The notes: generated by a model not told the origin, from the sequence alone. Numbered from the stretch's first letter, positions 32,759 through 44,341 are shown. The stretch is 64,000 bases of DNA from Escherichia coli (GCF_016903815.1 NZ_CP069973.1), one strand, 5' to 3'. Translations and numbers: made by a program.

Positions 32759-33226
32759 TCATCGAAGGCATTGCGTCCTGATGTATTCCTGAAGCGTTCT
32801 CAGTGCTGTTTGGTCGCGGATAATTCCGCCCCGGACACCGAGAACGTTTCGTCCAGCAACTGGAGAGAGTTCGACGGTGGCATCATTGCCCATGCCGGAG
32901 GCGCTGGAGGTTTCGGCTGAGGATGGCATATGGCATTTTCCTTTGACGAACACCCGACCACCATTATCAAGCTTGCGCCGAAGAGCATCATTTTCAGCTT
33001 TCGCATCAGCTAACTCCTTCGTGTATTTAGCATCGAGTGCATCAGCAGAACGCTGGCGCTGCTGCATGTGAGTAATGGTGGCGGTCGCCTGCTTCAGCTC
33101 ACTGACTTTTTTATCTCGCTGCTCTTTGTAGGTCATGGCGTTATCACGGTAATGATTAACCGCCCATGACAGGCAGACGATGATGCAGATAACCAGAGCG
33201 GAGATAATCGCGGTGACTCTGCTCAT
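32759..33226 (-). CDS. i-spanin (Rz-like)
   Basis: 155 aa; N-terminal TM anchor then charged coiled-coil; downstream of the endolysin; contains the embedded Rz1 ORF. Confidence 0.8.
   Translation of the reverse strand: MSRVTAIISALVICIIVCLSWAVNHYRDNAMTYKEQRDKKVSELKQATATITHMQQRQRSADALDAKYTKELADAKAENDALRRKLDNGGRVFVKGKCHMPSSAETSSASGMGNDATVELSPVAGRNVLGVRGGIIRDQTALRTLQEYIRTQCLR
32800..33006 (-). CDS. o-spanin (Rz1-like lipoprotein), embedded in the +1 frame of Rz
   Basis: 68 aa; signal peptide with lipobox (VVGC); Pro-rich mature region typical of Rz1. Confidence 0.7.
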   Translation of the reverse strand: MRKLKMMLFGASLIMVVGCSSKENAICHPQPKPPAPPAWAMMPPSNSLQLLDETFSVSGAELSATKQH

Positions 33227-33699
33227 ACATCAATCTCTCTGACCGTTCCGCCTGCTTCTTTGAATTTTGCAATTAGGCTGTCAGCCTTATGCTCGAACTG
33301 ACCATAACCAGCGCCCGGCAGTGAAGCCCAGATATTGCTGCAACGGTCAATTGCCTGACGAATATCACCGCGGTCAATCATCGGTAAAGCGCCACGCTCC
33401 TTAATCTGCTGCAGTGCCACAGCGTCCTGGCTTTTCGGAGAGAAGTCTTTCAGGCCAAGCTGCTTGCGGTAGGCATCCCACCAACGGGAAAGAAGCTGGT
33501 AGCGCCCGGCGGCTGTTGATTTGAGTTTGGGGTTTAGCGTGACAAGTTTGCGAGGGTGATCGGAGTAATCAGTAAATAGCTCTCCGCCTACAATGACGTC
33601 ATAACCATGATTTCTGGTTTTCTGCCGTCCGTTATCAGTTCCCTCTGACCACGCCAGCATATCGAGGAACGCCTTACGTTGATTATTGATTTCCACCAT
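33223..33699 (-). CDS. Endolysin (lambda R-like lytic transglycosylase)
   Basis: 158 aa; translation closely matches my memory of lambda R. Confidence 0.85.
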   Translation of the reverse strand: MVEINNQRKAFLDMLAWSEGTDNGRQKTRNHGYDVIVGGELFTDYSDHPRKLVTLNPKLKSTAAGRYQLLSRWWDAYRKQLGLKDFSPKSQDAVALQQIKERGALPMIDRGDIRQAIDRCSNIWASLPGAGYGQFEHKADSLIAKFKEAGGTVREIDV

Positions 33700-34006
33700 C
33701 TTCTACTCCGGCTTTTTTAGCAGCGAAGCGTTTGATAAGCGAACCAATCGAGTCAGTACCGATGTAGCCGATGAACACGCTCGTTATATAAGCGAGATTG
33801 CTACTTAGTCCGGCGAAGTCGAGAAGGTCACGAATGAACCAGGCGATAATGGCGCACATCGTTGCGTCGATTACTGTTTTTGTAAACGCACCGCCATTGT
33901 ATCTGCCGCGAAGGTACGCCATTGCAAACGCAAGGATTGCCCCGATGCCTTGTTCCTTTGCCGCGAGAATGGCGGCTAACAGGTCATGTTTTTCTGGCAT
34001 CTTCAT
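33683..34006 (-). CDS. Class I holin (lambda S-like) with dual-start motif
   Basis: 107 aa beginning [10 protein letters not shown]... (Met1-Lys2-Met3, as in the lambda S107/S105 pair); three TM segments; overlaps the endolysin start. Confidence 0.85.
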   Translation of the reverse strand: MKMPEKHDLLAAILAAKEQGIGAILAFAMAYLRGRYNGGAFTKTVIDATMCAIIAWFIRDLLDFAGLSSNLAYITSVFIGYIGTDSIGSLIKRFAAKKAGVEDGGNQ

Positions 34007-34515
34007 GTCTTACCCCCAATAAGGGGATTTGCTCTATTTAATTAGGAATAAGGTCGGTTACTGATAGAACAAATCCAGGCTACTGTGTTTAGTAATCAGA
34101 TTTGTTCGTGACCGATATGCACGGGCAAAACGGCAGGAGGTTGTTAGCGCGACCTCCTGCCACCCGCTTTCACGAAGGTCATGCGTAGAAGGCCGCAGCA
34201 TAACTATCACTGATGAATTCAGGATAGCCAGTGGCTACGGCTCAGTTTGGGTTGTGGCGGCCGGAATCGAACCGGCTTCCATCGGTGCGCTGCCGATTGC
34301 AGTACGCGCGGCGGTCAGCTACATGACTAGTATTTTCACTGTCGCCTATCTGCTAGCTCGCCATTGAGCTTCACCACAACGATAAGAGCACTGCGCGGCA
34401 CCTTTCACCAATTCCGCGAGGTCTGCGGGTTCAATGCTCTTACCTGTTGTGCAAACAAAAAAAGCCACCATTGCAACTTAAGAGTCACTAACGGCAGCTT
34501 ATCTTCTAATTATGG

Positions 34516-35034
34516 CTAAATGGATAATTGCATGTCAAGGCTTTTAACAGCAACATGCTTAACTTTCTCAACACGTTTACGCATTTTGAAAGCATTTTGC
34601 ATTGGCTGGTACAAAACAAATAACGACGCTTTCAGGATGTCGTCAATTTCGTTTCTACAGGTTGCCAGTGAAGGTTTTCTCCATCCCTCACCACCACGTC
34701 CACACATCTTGCGTGGCTTTGCAGTCGCGTGATAGTAGGATGCAATTGCTCGCTTAGATGAACCATGAGCGTAGTAGCTGAGGAGGATGCCAAATGCTTT
34801 CTTGTCAATGCACATGACGGAATCGACGACCTGAGAAATCAACATTCCATCATCATCATTACACATTGGCCTTGTCATAACTCTTCCCGGCTCTACGCTC
34901 TCCATGAACTTCGCTATTACGCTGCTCATGCGCTTTTCCAGACGACCTGAATAAACCCATGCGCCCCACAGTTCAAGCCAGCCATTCAGCCACTCGTGCT
35001 GCTCTTTGGTGAGGTTTAGTTCTCTTATGCTCAT
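34516..35034 (-). CDS. Putative late-gene antiterminator (Q-like)
   Basis: 172 aa with Cys/His-rich region; located between the nin region and the lysis genes where Q lies; ~500-bp non-coding region downstream, consistent with PR'/qut. Confidence 0.55.
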   Translation of the reverse strand: MSIRELNLTKEQHEWLNGWLELWGAWVYSGRLEKRMSSVIAKFMESVEPGRVMTRPMCNDDDGMLISQVVDSVMCIDKKAFGILLSYYAHGSSKRAIASYYHATAKPRKMCGRGGEGWRKPSLATCRNEIDDILKASLFVLYQPMQNAFKMRKRVEKVKHVAVKSLDMQLSI

Positions 35035-35219
35035 CGTCTTCCCCTCTTGCCTTGTTTGACCATCAGGACGCCGTTAACTATTACGTGACGCTCGCCTTTG
35101 CTGTCTCGGTTGTACTTGAGCACTGTTCCTCTTGCGCAGGAAAGCATCCTTGCCACTTCGGTCTGATTTCCTCGTGTCTGGATAAGCAGTTCTGGTATCG
35201 TTTGAATTGTGGCGTTCAT
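35031..35219 (-). CDS. ninH: NinH-like protein
   Basis: 62 aa; 'GNQTEVAR...RGTV.KY' matches my memory of lambda NinH. Confidence 0.65.
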   Translation of the reverse strand: MNATIQTIPELLIQTRGNQTEVARMLSCARGTVLKYNRDSKGERHVIVNGVLMVKQGKRGRR

Positions 35220-35578
35220 GCGTTCTCCAGTTCGGTGATTTTTATTCCAAGCCGTCCGCCTGGTACTTTCACACCACGAATTACGCGAATGTCATCGAAT
35301 TGCTCGTCGTCTTCCGCAAATCCGGCGTGGATAAGGGAGTCGAGTAAACCTTTCAGGATGTTATCGAGGTCGCGGCGGCGGGAGTCTGGAACGTCTGCGA
35401 TGACTTTGATGCGGAGTCGTGATTTGGTGAAAATGTCTAACTTGAGTTGGCGGATGATTTGCTGAACGTCTTTTCGGTATTTCTGGCCTTTATCGCTGAT
35501 GTAGTATTGGCTTCCCCGTCTTCGCCAGTAGGTGTTCAGCGACGGTGGGTATGGAAGCACAAACTGATATTCGTTCAT
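35216..35578 (-). CDS. rusA: Holliday junction resolvase RusA
   Basis: 120 aa; size and nin-region position match RusA; acidic catalytic residues present. Confidence 0.8.
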   Translation of the reverse strand: MNEYQFVLPYPPSLNTYWRRRGSQYYISDKGQKYRKDVQQIIRQLKLDIFTKSRLRIKVIADVPDSRRRDLDNILKGLLDSLIHAGFAEDDEQFDDIRVIRGVKVPGGRLGIKITELENA

Positions 35579-35865
35579 GGCTTAATCTTCCCCTCCTTCA
35601 GCAGTATCGCCTGCGTCCTGATTACGCCTTCGAGGTGGTAAAGTCTGGCGTCTTTGTTGTCGAGGTTATGGGTGCGTCGGTCGATTTCATCGTGACACGC
35701 GCTACAAGCCCATGCGCCGATCAGGTCGTCAGGCTTCATTCCCGTTCCGCAAATTCCAGCCATCCGGTAATGTGCCAGAACTGTAGTTTCAGGATTACCA
35801 TTGCATACGCCGTAAATACGTACCTGGCATTCTCTGCCGCGTGCTTCTTTGCGTAGATTAGCCAT
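35575..35865 (-). CDS. Hypothetical nin-region protein (DUF1364-like, Cys/His-rich)
   Basis: 96 aa with CxxC...CxxC arrangement; overlapping stop/start with neighbours. Confidence 0.45.
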   Translation of the reverse strand: MANLRKEARGRECQVRIYGVCNGNPETTVLAHYRMAGICGTGMKPDDLIGAWACSACHDEIDRRTHNLDNKDARLYHLEGVIRTQAILLKEGKIKP

Positions 35866-36587
35866 TAAGCAGCCTCCCCTGTTACTTTCAGCATTCCGTT
35901 ATCGAGCAGCTTTCTGGTCAGCCACTGTTGACCACGCCCGGTGATTTTTGTGGTGAACGATATCTGTATTCCGTGATTTGTGTTGACCGCTGTTTCTTTC
36001 ACTGCGAAATAGCCGCGATCCATATATTCCTGCATTGGCACATTGCGCCGGGAACCTGAAGCAATAAGGATTTTGTGATCGCGCATCCACGCAAACAGTT
36101 TGTTTGGACCAATACCAACAACCTTTGCATAGTTTCCAATCAAAATTCCACTGGCCTCGCCAACGCGATCGGCAAACTCAACTTTAGGTGCGGCAATTGC
36201 GAGCTGGTTTTCCAGTTGCATTTTCTGCTCAGCAAGGTCAGCAGCAAGGCGCAACGCTTCTGGTAGCGTTTTTGGGATATTAACCGCAGATTCTTCAAGC
36301 TCTCGCCAACGGTCAACAAGGCGAGCGGTGAATTCCGGCGACAACTGGGCAACAACGACAATACTGTCTCGCTTACCTTGTTCGCCTTCGAAGACGTAAT
36401 GCTCGTACTGAACATTGAACCCTAAGTTATTGATTCTTCCGGAAACCTCAATTTGAGGAAGCCGGATAACACCATTTTTAGCCAGCGTTTCGATGGTACG
36501 TTTCACATTGTCATGACGCTTACCAACCAACTCAGCAATTTCAATGCTTGTCATTTTGATGGCATTGCCATTCATTAACTCATTCAT
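35865..36587 (-). CDS. Phage antirepressor-like protein (Rha/KilAC-type)
   Basis: 240 aa; N-terminal Rha-like region and C-terminal KilAC-like region by family resemblance. Confidence 0.55.
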   Translation of the reverse strand: MNELMNGNAIKMTSIEIAELVGKRHDNVKRTIETLAKNGVIRLPQIEVSGRINNLGFNVQYEHYVFEGEQGKRDSIVVVAQLSPEFTARLVDRWRELEESAVNIPKTLPEALRLAADLAEQKMQLENQLAIAAPKVEFADRVGEASGILIGNYAKVVGIGPNKLFAWMRDHKILIASGSRRNVPMQEYMDRGYFAVKETAVNTNHGIQISFTTKITGRGQQWLTRKLLDNGMLKVTGEAA

Positions 36588-36792
36588 CGTCTTCTTCCTC
36601 GTACATTGAGCTATTCGGATCGCTCATCAGTTCTGCGCAGCAGTGCTCACACACGTGAACTTCCAGCACATGCAGCTTCTGACCGCAGTTAGCGCACGTT
36701 AAAGCTCGCTCGACGCTTTCTTGTTCGTAACTTCGATTTGGGTCAATCACCTTGTATTCCTCGCACGATTTCTTAGCCACCGGATATCCCAC
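36580..36792 (-). CDS. Small Cys-rich nin-region protein (NinF-like)
   Basis: 70 aa with CxxC...CxxC and acidic tail. Confidence 0.4.
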   Translation of the reverse strand: MGYPVAKKSCEEYKVIDPNRSYEQESVERALTCANCGQKLHVLEVHVCEHCCAELMSDPNSSMYEEEDDE

Positions 36793-36929
36793 AGGTGAGC
36801 AGTGTAATTGAAGGTTTTTACGTCAGATTCTTTTGGGATTGGCTTGCGTTTATTTCTGGAGCGTTTCGTTGGAAGGTATTTGCAGTTTTCGCAGATGATG
36901 TCAGTGAAACTTCGTCGCTGTCGCCTCAT
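36747..36929 (-). CDS. ninE: NinE-like protein
   Basis: ORF 36747-37019; start set at [31 protein letters not shown]... (60 aa), matching my memory of lambda NinE. Confidence 0.65.
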   Translation of the reverse strand: MRRQRRSFTDIICENCKYLPTKRSRNKRKPIPKESDVKTFNYTAHLWDIRWLRNRARNTR

Positions 36930-37453
36930 GCCGCCCTCCTGACGCCCTGCCCGATCGCCATCAATGCCGCTTTGGATACGGTAGTAAACATCCGTCGAGG
37001 ACTGATGAACGGTCGCCAAATCAGCAGCATGGAACCTTTGCTGTTTCCCTTCTTCTCCAGCCCTGTCGATGGTTCGATAAAATTAATCCGTCCATCAGTA
37101 ATGATGCGAACTTCGTCAATACTCTCCAGAGCCTTGCTGAACCATCCGACAGACATATCCTCTGGCACAAGCATAACTACCGTCTGTCGCTGTTGTATGC
37201 ACTGCTCAGCGGCTTTTTCCACCCACGGCCTGATATTGCTGTACGGCGGGTTATTCCAGATTGCACCGTGGCTTACCCACTCAGAATTGAGCGCGTCGTC
37301 GGCCTCAGTCAGCCAGTGAGCGCACAGAGCATTTTTGTCGCTCGCTGCCGAATCCAGCCAGAATCCAAACTCAATATCCAGTGCATCAAAAAGCCAAAGC
37401 GGCGTTTGCCAGCAGTCCTTGTCGTGTGCTGGCGTATTTGATTTGATAGTCAT
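36926..37453 (-). CDS. Phage DNA N6-adenine methyltransferase (Dam-like)
   Basis: ORF 36926-37513; start set at [18 protein letters not shown]...; 'NPPYS' catalytic motif; ATGA overlap with ninB stop. Confidence 0.75.
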   Translation of the reverse strand: MTIKSNTPAHDKDCWQTPLWLFDALDIEFGFWLDSAASDKNALCAHWLTEADDALNSEWVSHGAIWNNPPYSNIRPWVEKAAEQCIQQRQTVVMLVPEDMSVGWFSKALESIDEVRIITDGRINFIEPSTGLEKKGNSKGSMLLIWRPFISPRRMFTTVSKAALMAIGQGVRRAA

Positions 37454-37887
37454 GCAGCCCGATCTCCCCATCTCGCTTTCCACTCCAGAGCCAGTCTCGC
37501 TTCGTCTGACCACTTAACGCCACGCTCTGTACCGAATGCCTGTATAAGCTCTAATAGCTCCGCAAATTCGCCTACACGCATCCTGCTGGTTGACTGGCCT
37601 ATTACCACAAAGCCATTCCCGGCAAGGTTAGGAACAACATCCTGCTGCTTTAATGCTGCGGTAAACACACACTTCCAGCTTTCTGCATCCAGCCAGCGAC
37701 CATGCCATTCAACCTGACGAGAGACGTCACCTAAGCAGGCCCATAGCTTCCTGTTTTGGTCTAAGCTGCGGTTGCGTTCCTGAATGGTTACTACGATTGG
37801 TTTGGTTGGGTCTGGAAGGATTTGCTGTACTGCGTGAATAGCGTTTTGCTGATGTGCTGGAGATCGAATTTCAAAGGTTAGTTTTTT
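37450..37887 (-). CDS. ninB: Recombination protein NinB
   Basis: ORF 37450-37908; start set at MKKLTFEIRSPAHQQNAIHAV...; family resemblance to lambda NinB. Confidence 0.75.
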   Translation of the reverse strand, partial: KKLTFEIRSPAHQQNAIHAVQQILPDPTKPIVVTIQERNRSLDQNRKLWACLGDVSRQVEWHGRWLDAESWKCVFTAALKQQDVVPNLAGNGFVVIGQSTSRMRVGEFAELLELIQAFGTERGVKWSDEARLALEWKARWGDRAA

Positions 37888-37963
37888 CATGACTTCCCTC
37901 TCCCCCAAATAAAAAGGCCTGCGATTACCAGCAGGCCTGTTATTAGCTCAGTGATGTAGATGA

Positions 37964-38233
37964 TCATTGCTTCATCTCCCTTTCCATTTCATCAATGTCA
38001 ACGTCATCAGGAAGATGGGAGCAATACGCCGCTATACCATGATGATTTATCTCATACCCTTTGAACGTTACCATCTGGTGCGTAATCTCAACTTCGTTCA
38101 GGAATCCGTCATCGCATAACTGCCTGGCTATTTTCGATTTGGTCTGGATTATTGGTAGTGCCTGTTCTTTCAAAGCGCATGATATTTGTGCATCCCATGC
38201 CTTTTCGAGAATGGCTAATTGTTTTTTATTCAT
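37964..38233 (-). CDS. Hypothetical phage protein
   Basis: 89-aa ORF immediately downstream of the helicase gene. Confidence 0.35.
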   Translation of the reverse strand: MNKKQLAILEKAWDAQISCALKEQALPIIQTKSKIARQLCDDGFLNEVEITHQMVTFKGYEINHHGIAAYCSHLPDDVDIDEMEREMKQ

Positions 38234-39669
38234 CAGAATCCTCCTTTCTTCTTGGACTGCGGTTCCTCGCGTTCACGGCGGCGCATTTCAGCAGACTGTT
38301 GGTCTGTGTCATAAATAGCGCCATTTGCCTGAATGCAATACACCGTGCCGGTATTGCCATGACGATTGAGGCGAAGGATTAGTTCGGTTTCACCAGGAGG
38401 AAAGCTGTCATCAAAAGCACCTTCACGATGGATCCCAACCCAATAATCGCAATCCTGTTCAATCTGCCCTGTATCTCGTGAGTCACTTGGTAATGGGCGT
38501 TTATTGGTTCGGCTTTCCAGTGCGCGGTTAAGCTGTGTCAGAAGCACAACAACGCAATCAAGCTCTTTGGCAAGGTTCTTCAGTCCTTTGGTGATCATGC
38601 CGTAAGCAAGGTCGTTGCGATCGGCCTTTTCAGCGGTCATTAGTGTCAGGTAATCGACCAGAATCATGCCAACACATCCTTTTTCTCGCTTGATTCGACG
38701 GCTTTCGCTGACGATTTGAGCCAGAGATAATCCCGGCGTGTCGTCGATGTAAAGCAGGTCGATTTCACTCAAGCGATTGGCTGTTTCGATCGCCCTGTTG
38801 AAGTCACCATCGTAATCACCCTGATAGCCGTCATCAGCGTCATTTGTCGCCGGAAGGTAAAAAATATTGGGGTTAACACCTGACTTTTGCCCTACCAGTT
38901 TTTCCAGTATCTGGTCACCTGGCATTTCAAGGCTGAACATCAGAGCGGGCTTTTTCTCATGCACTGCGCAGTTGATTGCCATCTGGCTGTATAGCGTCGT
39001 TTTCCCCATCTTAGGGCGAGCGCCAATGACAAACAAAGAGCCTTTCACCAGACCTTTCGGTGACAGCATCCTGTCCAGCGATGGGATCCCTGTGCTCATT
39101 CCTCGTTGTTCGCCTGACGGGTCAAAACGCTTCTCAAGGTCGCTAACCCAGTCTTCCATGACCTCACCAAATGAGCGAAGTCCGCGACGCGATCCGGTTT
39201 TTGCATGGTCTGTCAGTTGCGTGAAAATCGCCTGAATAGCTTCGTACTTCTGCGTTGCAGTCATTCCGTTGCGGGAATAGAGCAATTCCGTCGCTTCAGT
39301 CATGCGGTTGATGGCGTAGCGTTCCATTGCGGTTTCGCGAACCTGCATTGCATAGGCAACGATGTTTGCTGCGCTTGGCGTGTTCTTTGCGATCTCAGCG
39401 ATATAAGCAAAACCGCCAACAGACGCCGTTAACGATTTACGCTCCAGTTCATCGAAAAGCGTCAGGCCATCTACTGGCTTTTGCTCCCGGTGCATTCTGG
39501 TTATCTCTTCGAAAAGGATTTTGTGTGGTCGGCTGTAAAATGAATCAGGCTTCAGCATCGCCAGAACTTTCTGGACGCGCTCACTGCTGTCATCATCCAG
39601 AAGCAATCCACCAATCACCGCCTGCTCTGCCTCGATGCTATGGGGCGGCGCATAAAAATTATCGGTCAT
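38233..39669 (-). CDS. Replicative DNA helicase (DnaB-like; P22 gene 12 position)
   Basis: ORF 38233-39684 (GTG) with internal ATG at 39669; Walker A 'GARPKMGKTT' and DnaB-type N-terminal domain. Confidence 0.85.
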   Translation of the reverse strand: MTDNFYAPPHSIEAEQAVIGGLLLDDDSSERVQKVLAMLKPDSFYSRPHKILFEEITRMHREQKPVDGLTLFDELERKSLTASVGGFAYIAEIAKNTPSAANIVAYAMQVRETAMERYAINRMTEATELLYSRNGMTATQKYEAIQAIFTQLTDHAKTGSRRGLRSFGEVMEDWVSDLEKRFDPSGEQRGMSTGIPSLDRMLSPKGLVKGSLFVIGARPKMGKTTLYSQMAINCAVHEKKPALMFSLEMPGDQILEKLVGQKSGVNPNIFYLPATNDADDGYQGDYDGDFNRAIETANRLSEIDLLYIDDTPGLSLAQIVSESRRIKREKGCVGMILVDYLTLMTAEKADRNDLAYGMITKGLKNLAKELDCVVVLLTQLNRALESRTNKRPLPSDSRDTGQIEQDCDYWVGIHREGAFDDSFPPGETELILRLNRHGNTGTVYCIQANGAIYDTDQQSAEMRRREREEPQSKKKGGF

Positions 39670-40558
39670 CGTGTTCACCCTCACGAACTTTCAGGTAGGT
39701 ATTGTCGTTAAGCAGGAAATCAAATCCCTTTTTGTGCCAGACGGTTCCGCGTTGATGGTTTGGGCGTTCTTCGAACATCCATCGGCAATTTTCGCCTACG
39801 TAGCTCAAATAATTTCTCCAGTCCTGCATCGTGAACCCATGTCCGTCAAGCTGGCGGGTTATCACTCCGGCTTTGCGCCAGAACGTTCGGATCTGGTTTT
39901 TACGCTTGTCATTCAGTGCGCGGATTCTTGGCGCTTCAGGAAGGATTTCGTGGTAAGCATCGACAACATCCTGACAGCTGACGGAAGGTTTTTTCTTGTC
40001 AGACTTTTTGTCTGCTGTGGCACTCTCTAATACGTCAGTATTAGAGATAATATTATTATATTCTTTATCTGTGGTAATTTGCTGGTAATCTGCTGGTACA
40101 GTATTGCTTGCAGGCATTGGTATTGCTGGCTTTGAGGTGGTAATTTGCTGGTAATCTGCTGGTACAAAACTTGACTGATAATCGTCATATTTCTCTACCG
40201 AGAAAACTGAGAATTTACCGTGTGAAACCCAGTCAATCATGCCGAGTTTTTTGAACTTTCTAAGCAGGTACTGAACGCGATCTGGTTTGAGTCCTGTTTC
40301 AAACGCCAGAGAGTTTCTACCGCCAAGTAGCTTCCCTCTGCCTACCAGAATTTCTCCTGCGTCAGTCATTACATACTCAGGCGTATGCTTTGCTTTGAGG
40401 ATTAAGTGAACCCACAGATGCGCTGCTTCTGCGTCCTTGTAAAACGGCACATCCATAATTTTACGGTGCAGCAAGGCATACCCCTTACCGCTGCTTTGAT
40501 GCGGTTGTTGTAGCCTTCTGGCCTCTCTGGCTTCGGCTAGATTAGATATGTTACTCAT
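39659..40558 (-). CDS. Replication initiation protein (lambda O / P22 gp18 functional analogue) containing ori iterons
   Basis: 299 aa; direct DNA repeats in the middle of the gene encode a duplicated [10 protein letters not shown] peptide; immediately upstream of the helicase. Confidence 0.65.
   Translation of the reverse strand: MSNISNLAEAREARRLQQPHQSSGKGYALLHRKIMDVPFYKDAEAAHLWVHLILKAKHTPEYVMTDAGEILVGRGKLLGGRNSLAFETGLKPDRVQYLLRKFKKLGMIDWVSHGKFSVFSVEKYDDYQSSFVPADYQQITTSKPAIPMPASNTVPADYQQITTDKEYNNIISNTDVLESATADKKSDKKKPSVSCQDVVDAYHEILPEAPRIRALNDKRKNQIRTFWRKAGVITRQLDGHGFTMQDWRNYLSYVGENCRWMFEERPNHQRGTVWHKKGFDFLLNDNTYLKVREGEHDDR
40071..40166. repeat. Putative phage replication origin iterons inside the O-like gene
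   Basis: Two ~30-bp direct repeats (40071-40100, 40137-40166), each with internal sub-repeats gctggtaat(t/c)tgctggta, next to an AT-rich tract. Confidence 0.6.
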
Positions 40559-40729
40559 GACCTTTCTCCTTCTGCATCAGCTTCACTTTTTCCAACTCAG
40601 CCCGAAATCGACCAGGCTGCTTGAAGCTGGACAGGAAGCGATCACGTAGTATGTGTTTGTGAATTTTGTCCTGGTAAGGACTGAGTTGTTTTGTCATAAT
40701 TACTCCTGTGGATTGATCCAGTAATGACC

Positions 40730-41023
40730 TCAGAACTCCATCTGGATTTGTTCAGAACGCTCGGTTGCCGCCGGGCGTTTTTTATTGGTGAGAATCGAAG
40801 CAACTTGTCGTGCCAATCGAGCCATATCGTCGTCAACGACGCCCCATTCAAGAACAGCAAGCAGCATTGAGAACTTTGGAATCCAGTCCCTCTTCCACCT
40901 GCTGATCTGCGACTTATCAACTCCTACAGCTTCCGCTGTCTTCTCAGTTCCAAGCATTGCGATTTTGTTAAGCAACGCACTCTCGATTCGTAGAGCCTCG
41001 TTGCGTTTGTTTGCACGAACCAT
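40730..41023 (-). CDS. cII: Transcriptional activator CII
   Basis: ORF 40730-41083; start set at [51 protein letters not shown]...; near-identical to my memory of lambda CII (97 aa). Confidence 0.85.
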   Translation of the reverse strand: MVRANKRNEALRIESALLNKIAMLGTEKTAEAVGVDKSQISRWKRDWIPKFSMLLAVLEWGVVDDDMARLARQVASILTNKKRPAATERSEQIQMEF

Positions 41024-41142
41024 ATGTAAGTATTTCCTTAGATAACAATTGATTGAATGTATGCAAATAAATGCATACACCATAGGTGTGGTTTAATTTG
41101 ATGCCCTTTTTCAGGGCTGGGATGTGTAAGAGCGGAAATGTC

Positions 41143-42495
<1,353 letters not shown>

Positions 42496-42544
42496 TCCCC
42501 ACCTCAATCTCGATAACCAAAAACAAACTATTTTTCATTTAAAA

Positions 42545-42612
42545 ACAATGGAGTTTGTTTTTCACGCCCCTTTTTACAATATTTCTTGTTTACAACATAC
42601 AATCTTTCTTGT
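42545..42612. promoter_or_regulatory. Left operator region OL (434-type operators, PL promoter region)
   Basis: Three ACAA-N6-TTGT sites: acaatggagtttgt (42545-42558), acaatatttcttgt (42576-42589), acaatctttcttgt (42599-42612), upstream of nutL and N. Confidence 0.7.
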
Positions 42613-42656
42613 AATTTTAAGCCATCAGCAGGACGCACTAACCACCATGAAGGTGA

Positions 42657-42687
42657 TGCTCTTAAAAATTAAGCCCTGAAGAAGGGC
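42657..42687 (+). promoter_or_regulatory. nutL antitermination site (boxA + boxB)
   Basis: boxA-like GCTCTTAAAAATTAA directly followed by boxB hairpin GCCCTGAAGAAGGGC, as in lambda nutL. Confidence 0.8.
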
Positions 42688-42885
42688 AGCTTTCAAAGCA
42701 GAAGGCTTTGGGATTGGATGAATGAGCAGGCTGATGCTCGACCAATGTATAAACAGCGCTCATGGCAAGCAGTAACCAATCTGCGCCTCAAGACAGCGTC
42801 ACTGGTAGTGCGGGCGCTCTAACCAGTAAGCCGGGGTTCAGCGCCGGCCATCCAATCACCAAAGCTAACTGACAGGAGAATCCAG

Positions 42886-43218
42886 ATGGATGCACAAACA
42901 CGCCGCCGCGAACGTCGCGCAGAGAAACAGGCTCAATGGAAAGCAGCGAATCCCCTGTTGGTTGGGGTAAGCGCAAAACCAGTTAACCGCCCTATTCTCT
43001 CGCTGAATCGCAAACCGAAATCACGAGTAGAAAGCGCACTGAATCCGATAGACCTTACGGTGCTGGCTGAATACCACGAACAGATTGAAAGCAACCTGCA
43101 GCGTATTGAGCGCAAGAATCAGCGCACATGGTACAGCAAGCCACGCAGTGAAATGGGTGTGACTTGCTCAGGCCGCCAGAAGCAACGCGGAAAATCAATT
43201 CCAGCTTATTACGATTGA
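42886..43218 (+). CDS. N: Antitermination protein N
   Basis: 110 aa; MDAQTRRRERRAEKQAQWKAANPLLVGVSAKPVNRPILSLNRKPKSRVESALNPIDLTVLAEYH... matches my memory of lambda N (arginine-rich boxB-binding motif). Confidence 0.9.
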   Translation: MDAQTRRRERRAEKQAQWKAANPLLVGVSAKPVNRPILSLNRKPKSRVESALNPIDLTVLAEYHEQIESNLQRIERKNQRTWYSKPRSEMGVTCSGRQKQRGKSIPAYYD

Positions 43219-43226
43219 GGTGATAT

Positions 43227-43478
43227 ATGGAATTTCATGAAAGTGCGATTTGTGATTTTCGCGCTAACGCAAATTCAGTAAAACCACAGCCAATTGCAGT
43301 TCTTTTTAAAACAATGGGAGCGTGGGCTGTTTTATGCTTCGCCGCTGATGACACTGACGCAAGAATGGCAATAGGCCAAGAGATGGAGATGGATCCGACA
43401 AACGATGAATTCATAATTTATGGCGCTCCATCTAATTACTTACTTGATACCTGCAACATTTACAACAAGGCTGCCTGA
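43227..43478 (+). CDS. Hypothetical early-left operon protein
   Basis: 83-aa ORF immediately after N. Confidence 0.35.
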   Translation: MEFHESAICDFRANANSVKPQPIAVLFKTMGAWAVLCFAADDTDARMAIGQEMEMDPTNDEFIIYGAPSNYLLDTCNIYNKAA

Positions 43479-43537
43479 TGGTGGTCTTTATTTTTTAGCC
43501 GTAAATAATTTCATGCTTATTACAATCAAGGTGATAT

Positions 43538-43903
43538 ATGGAAGAACAAGCAAACAAGATTCTCGTAGAACTACTGCAAAAAGCCAGCAATGGAATAGAC
43601 GCGGCTGTTTCATTTAGCCAGGCACAGATTCCTGATGTCATCCATCAGCTTTTGATGTGGCACGCCGTATCATCAGCTGGAATTCAGGCTATCTGTGTAT
43701 TGGTGATTATAGCGTGTGTTTATCTGATGATTTTTGCATGGAATAAAGGAGATGATGCAGATATTGTTCTTTCATCACTACTTGTCACATCAGGAATAGC
43801 GATTATTTCTATTGTTGTTTTCTTCAATTATTTCGACTGGCTGAAAATTTGGCTTGCTCCAAAACTTTACCTTATCGAATATGCAGCATCATTGGTTAAG
43901 TAA
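43538..43903 (+). CDS. Hypothetical membrane protein (early-left operon)
   Basis: 121 aa with 2-3 predicted TM segments; in the ral/sieB position of lambda. Confidence 0.4.
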   Translation: MEEQANKILVELLQKASNGIDAAVSFSQAQIPDVIHQLLMWHAVSSAGIQAICVLVIIACVYLMIFAWNKGDDADIVLSSLLVTSGIAIISIVVFFNYFDWLKIWLAPKLYLIEYAASLVK

Positions 43904-44092
43904 TTTCAGGACGCATAGCCGGCCTTTATTTTTGGCACAAACAACAGAATAAACACTGCACTGTGTATTCATTCCAACGAGTGGATACACGGAGCAATGT
44001 CGCTCGTAACTAAACAGGAGCCGACTTGTTCTGATTATTGGAAATCTTCTTTGCCCTCCAATGTGAGGGCAGTTTTTTTGACGGAGTAAACG

Positions 44093-44341
44093 ATGATAAA
44101 AACTGATTACCCTGCAGAGCTTAAACAAAAAGTAATAACAGCAATTAAATGCTCTTTTATCTCATGTCGTACAGATGAAGAACGATATGTCGTTGAGTGT
44201 GCAATTGTCGAGTTTCTCACAGCGATGGAATTTACCGCTGCAGAATCAATAGATGTATTAAAGCAATCAGACGGAAATGATATTGAAACGGATGATGTTA
44301 TTGACCGACTAATAAAATCATTCGAAGAAGAAATAGAGTAG
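44093..44341 (+). CDS. Hypothetical acidic protein
   Basis: 82-aa ORF; position only. Confidence 0.35.
   Translation: MIKTDYPAELKQKVITAIKCSFISCRTDEERYVVECAIVEFLTAMEFTAAESIDVLKQSDGNDIETDDVIDRLIKSFEEEIE

Noticed and set aside
34250-34300. tRNA-like T-arm motif (ggttcgattcc on the minus strand) in the Q-holin intergenic region
   Set aside because: No complementary acceptor stem, D-arm or anticodon arm could be built around it by eye, so I do not call a tRNA; it may be a degenerate tRNA remnant or coincidental. tRNAscan-SE would settle it.
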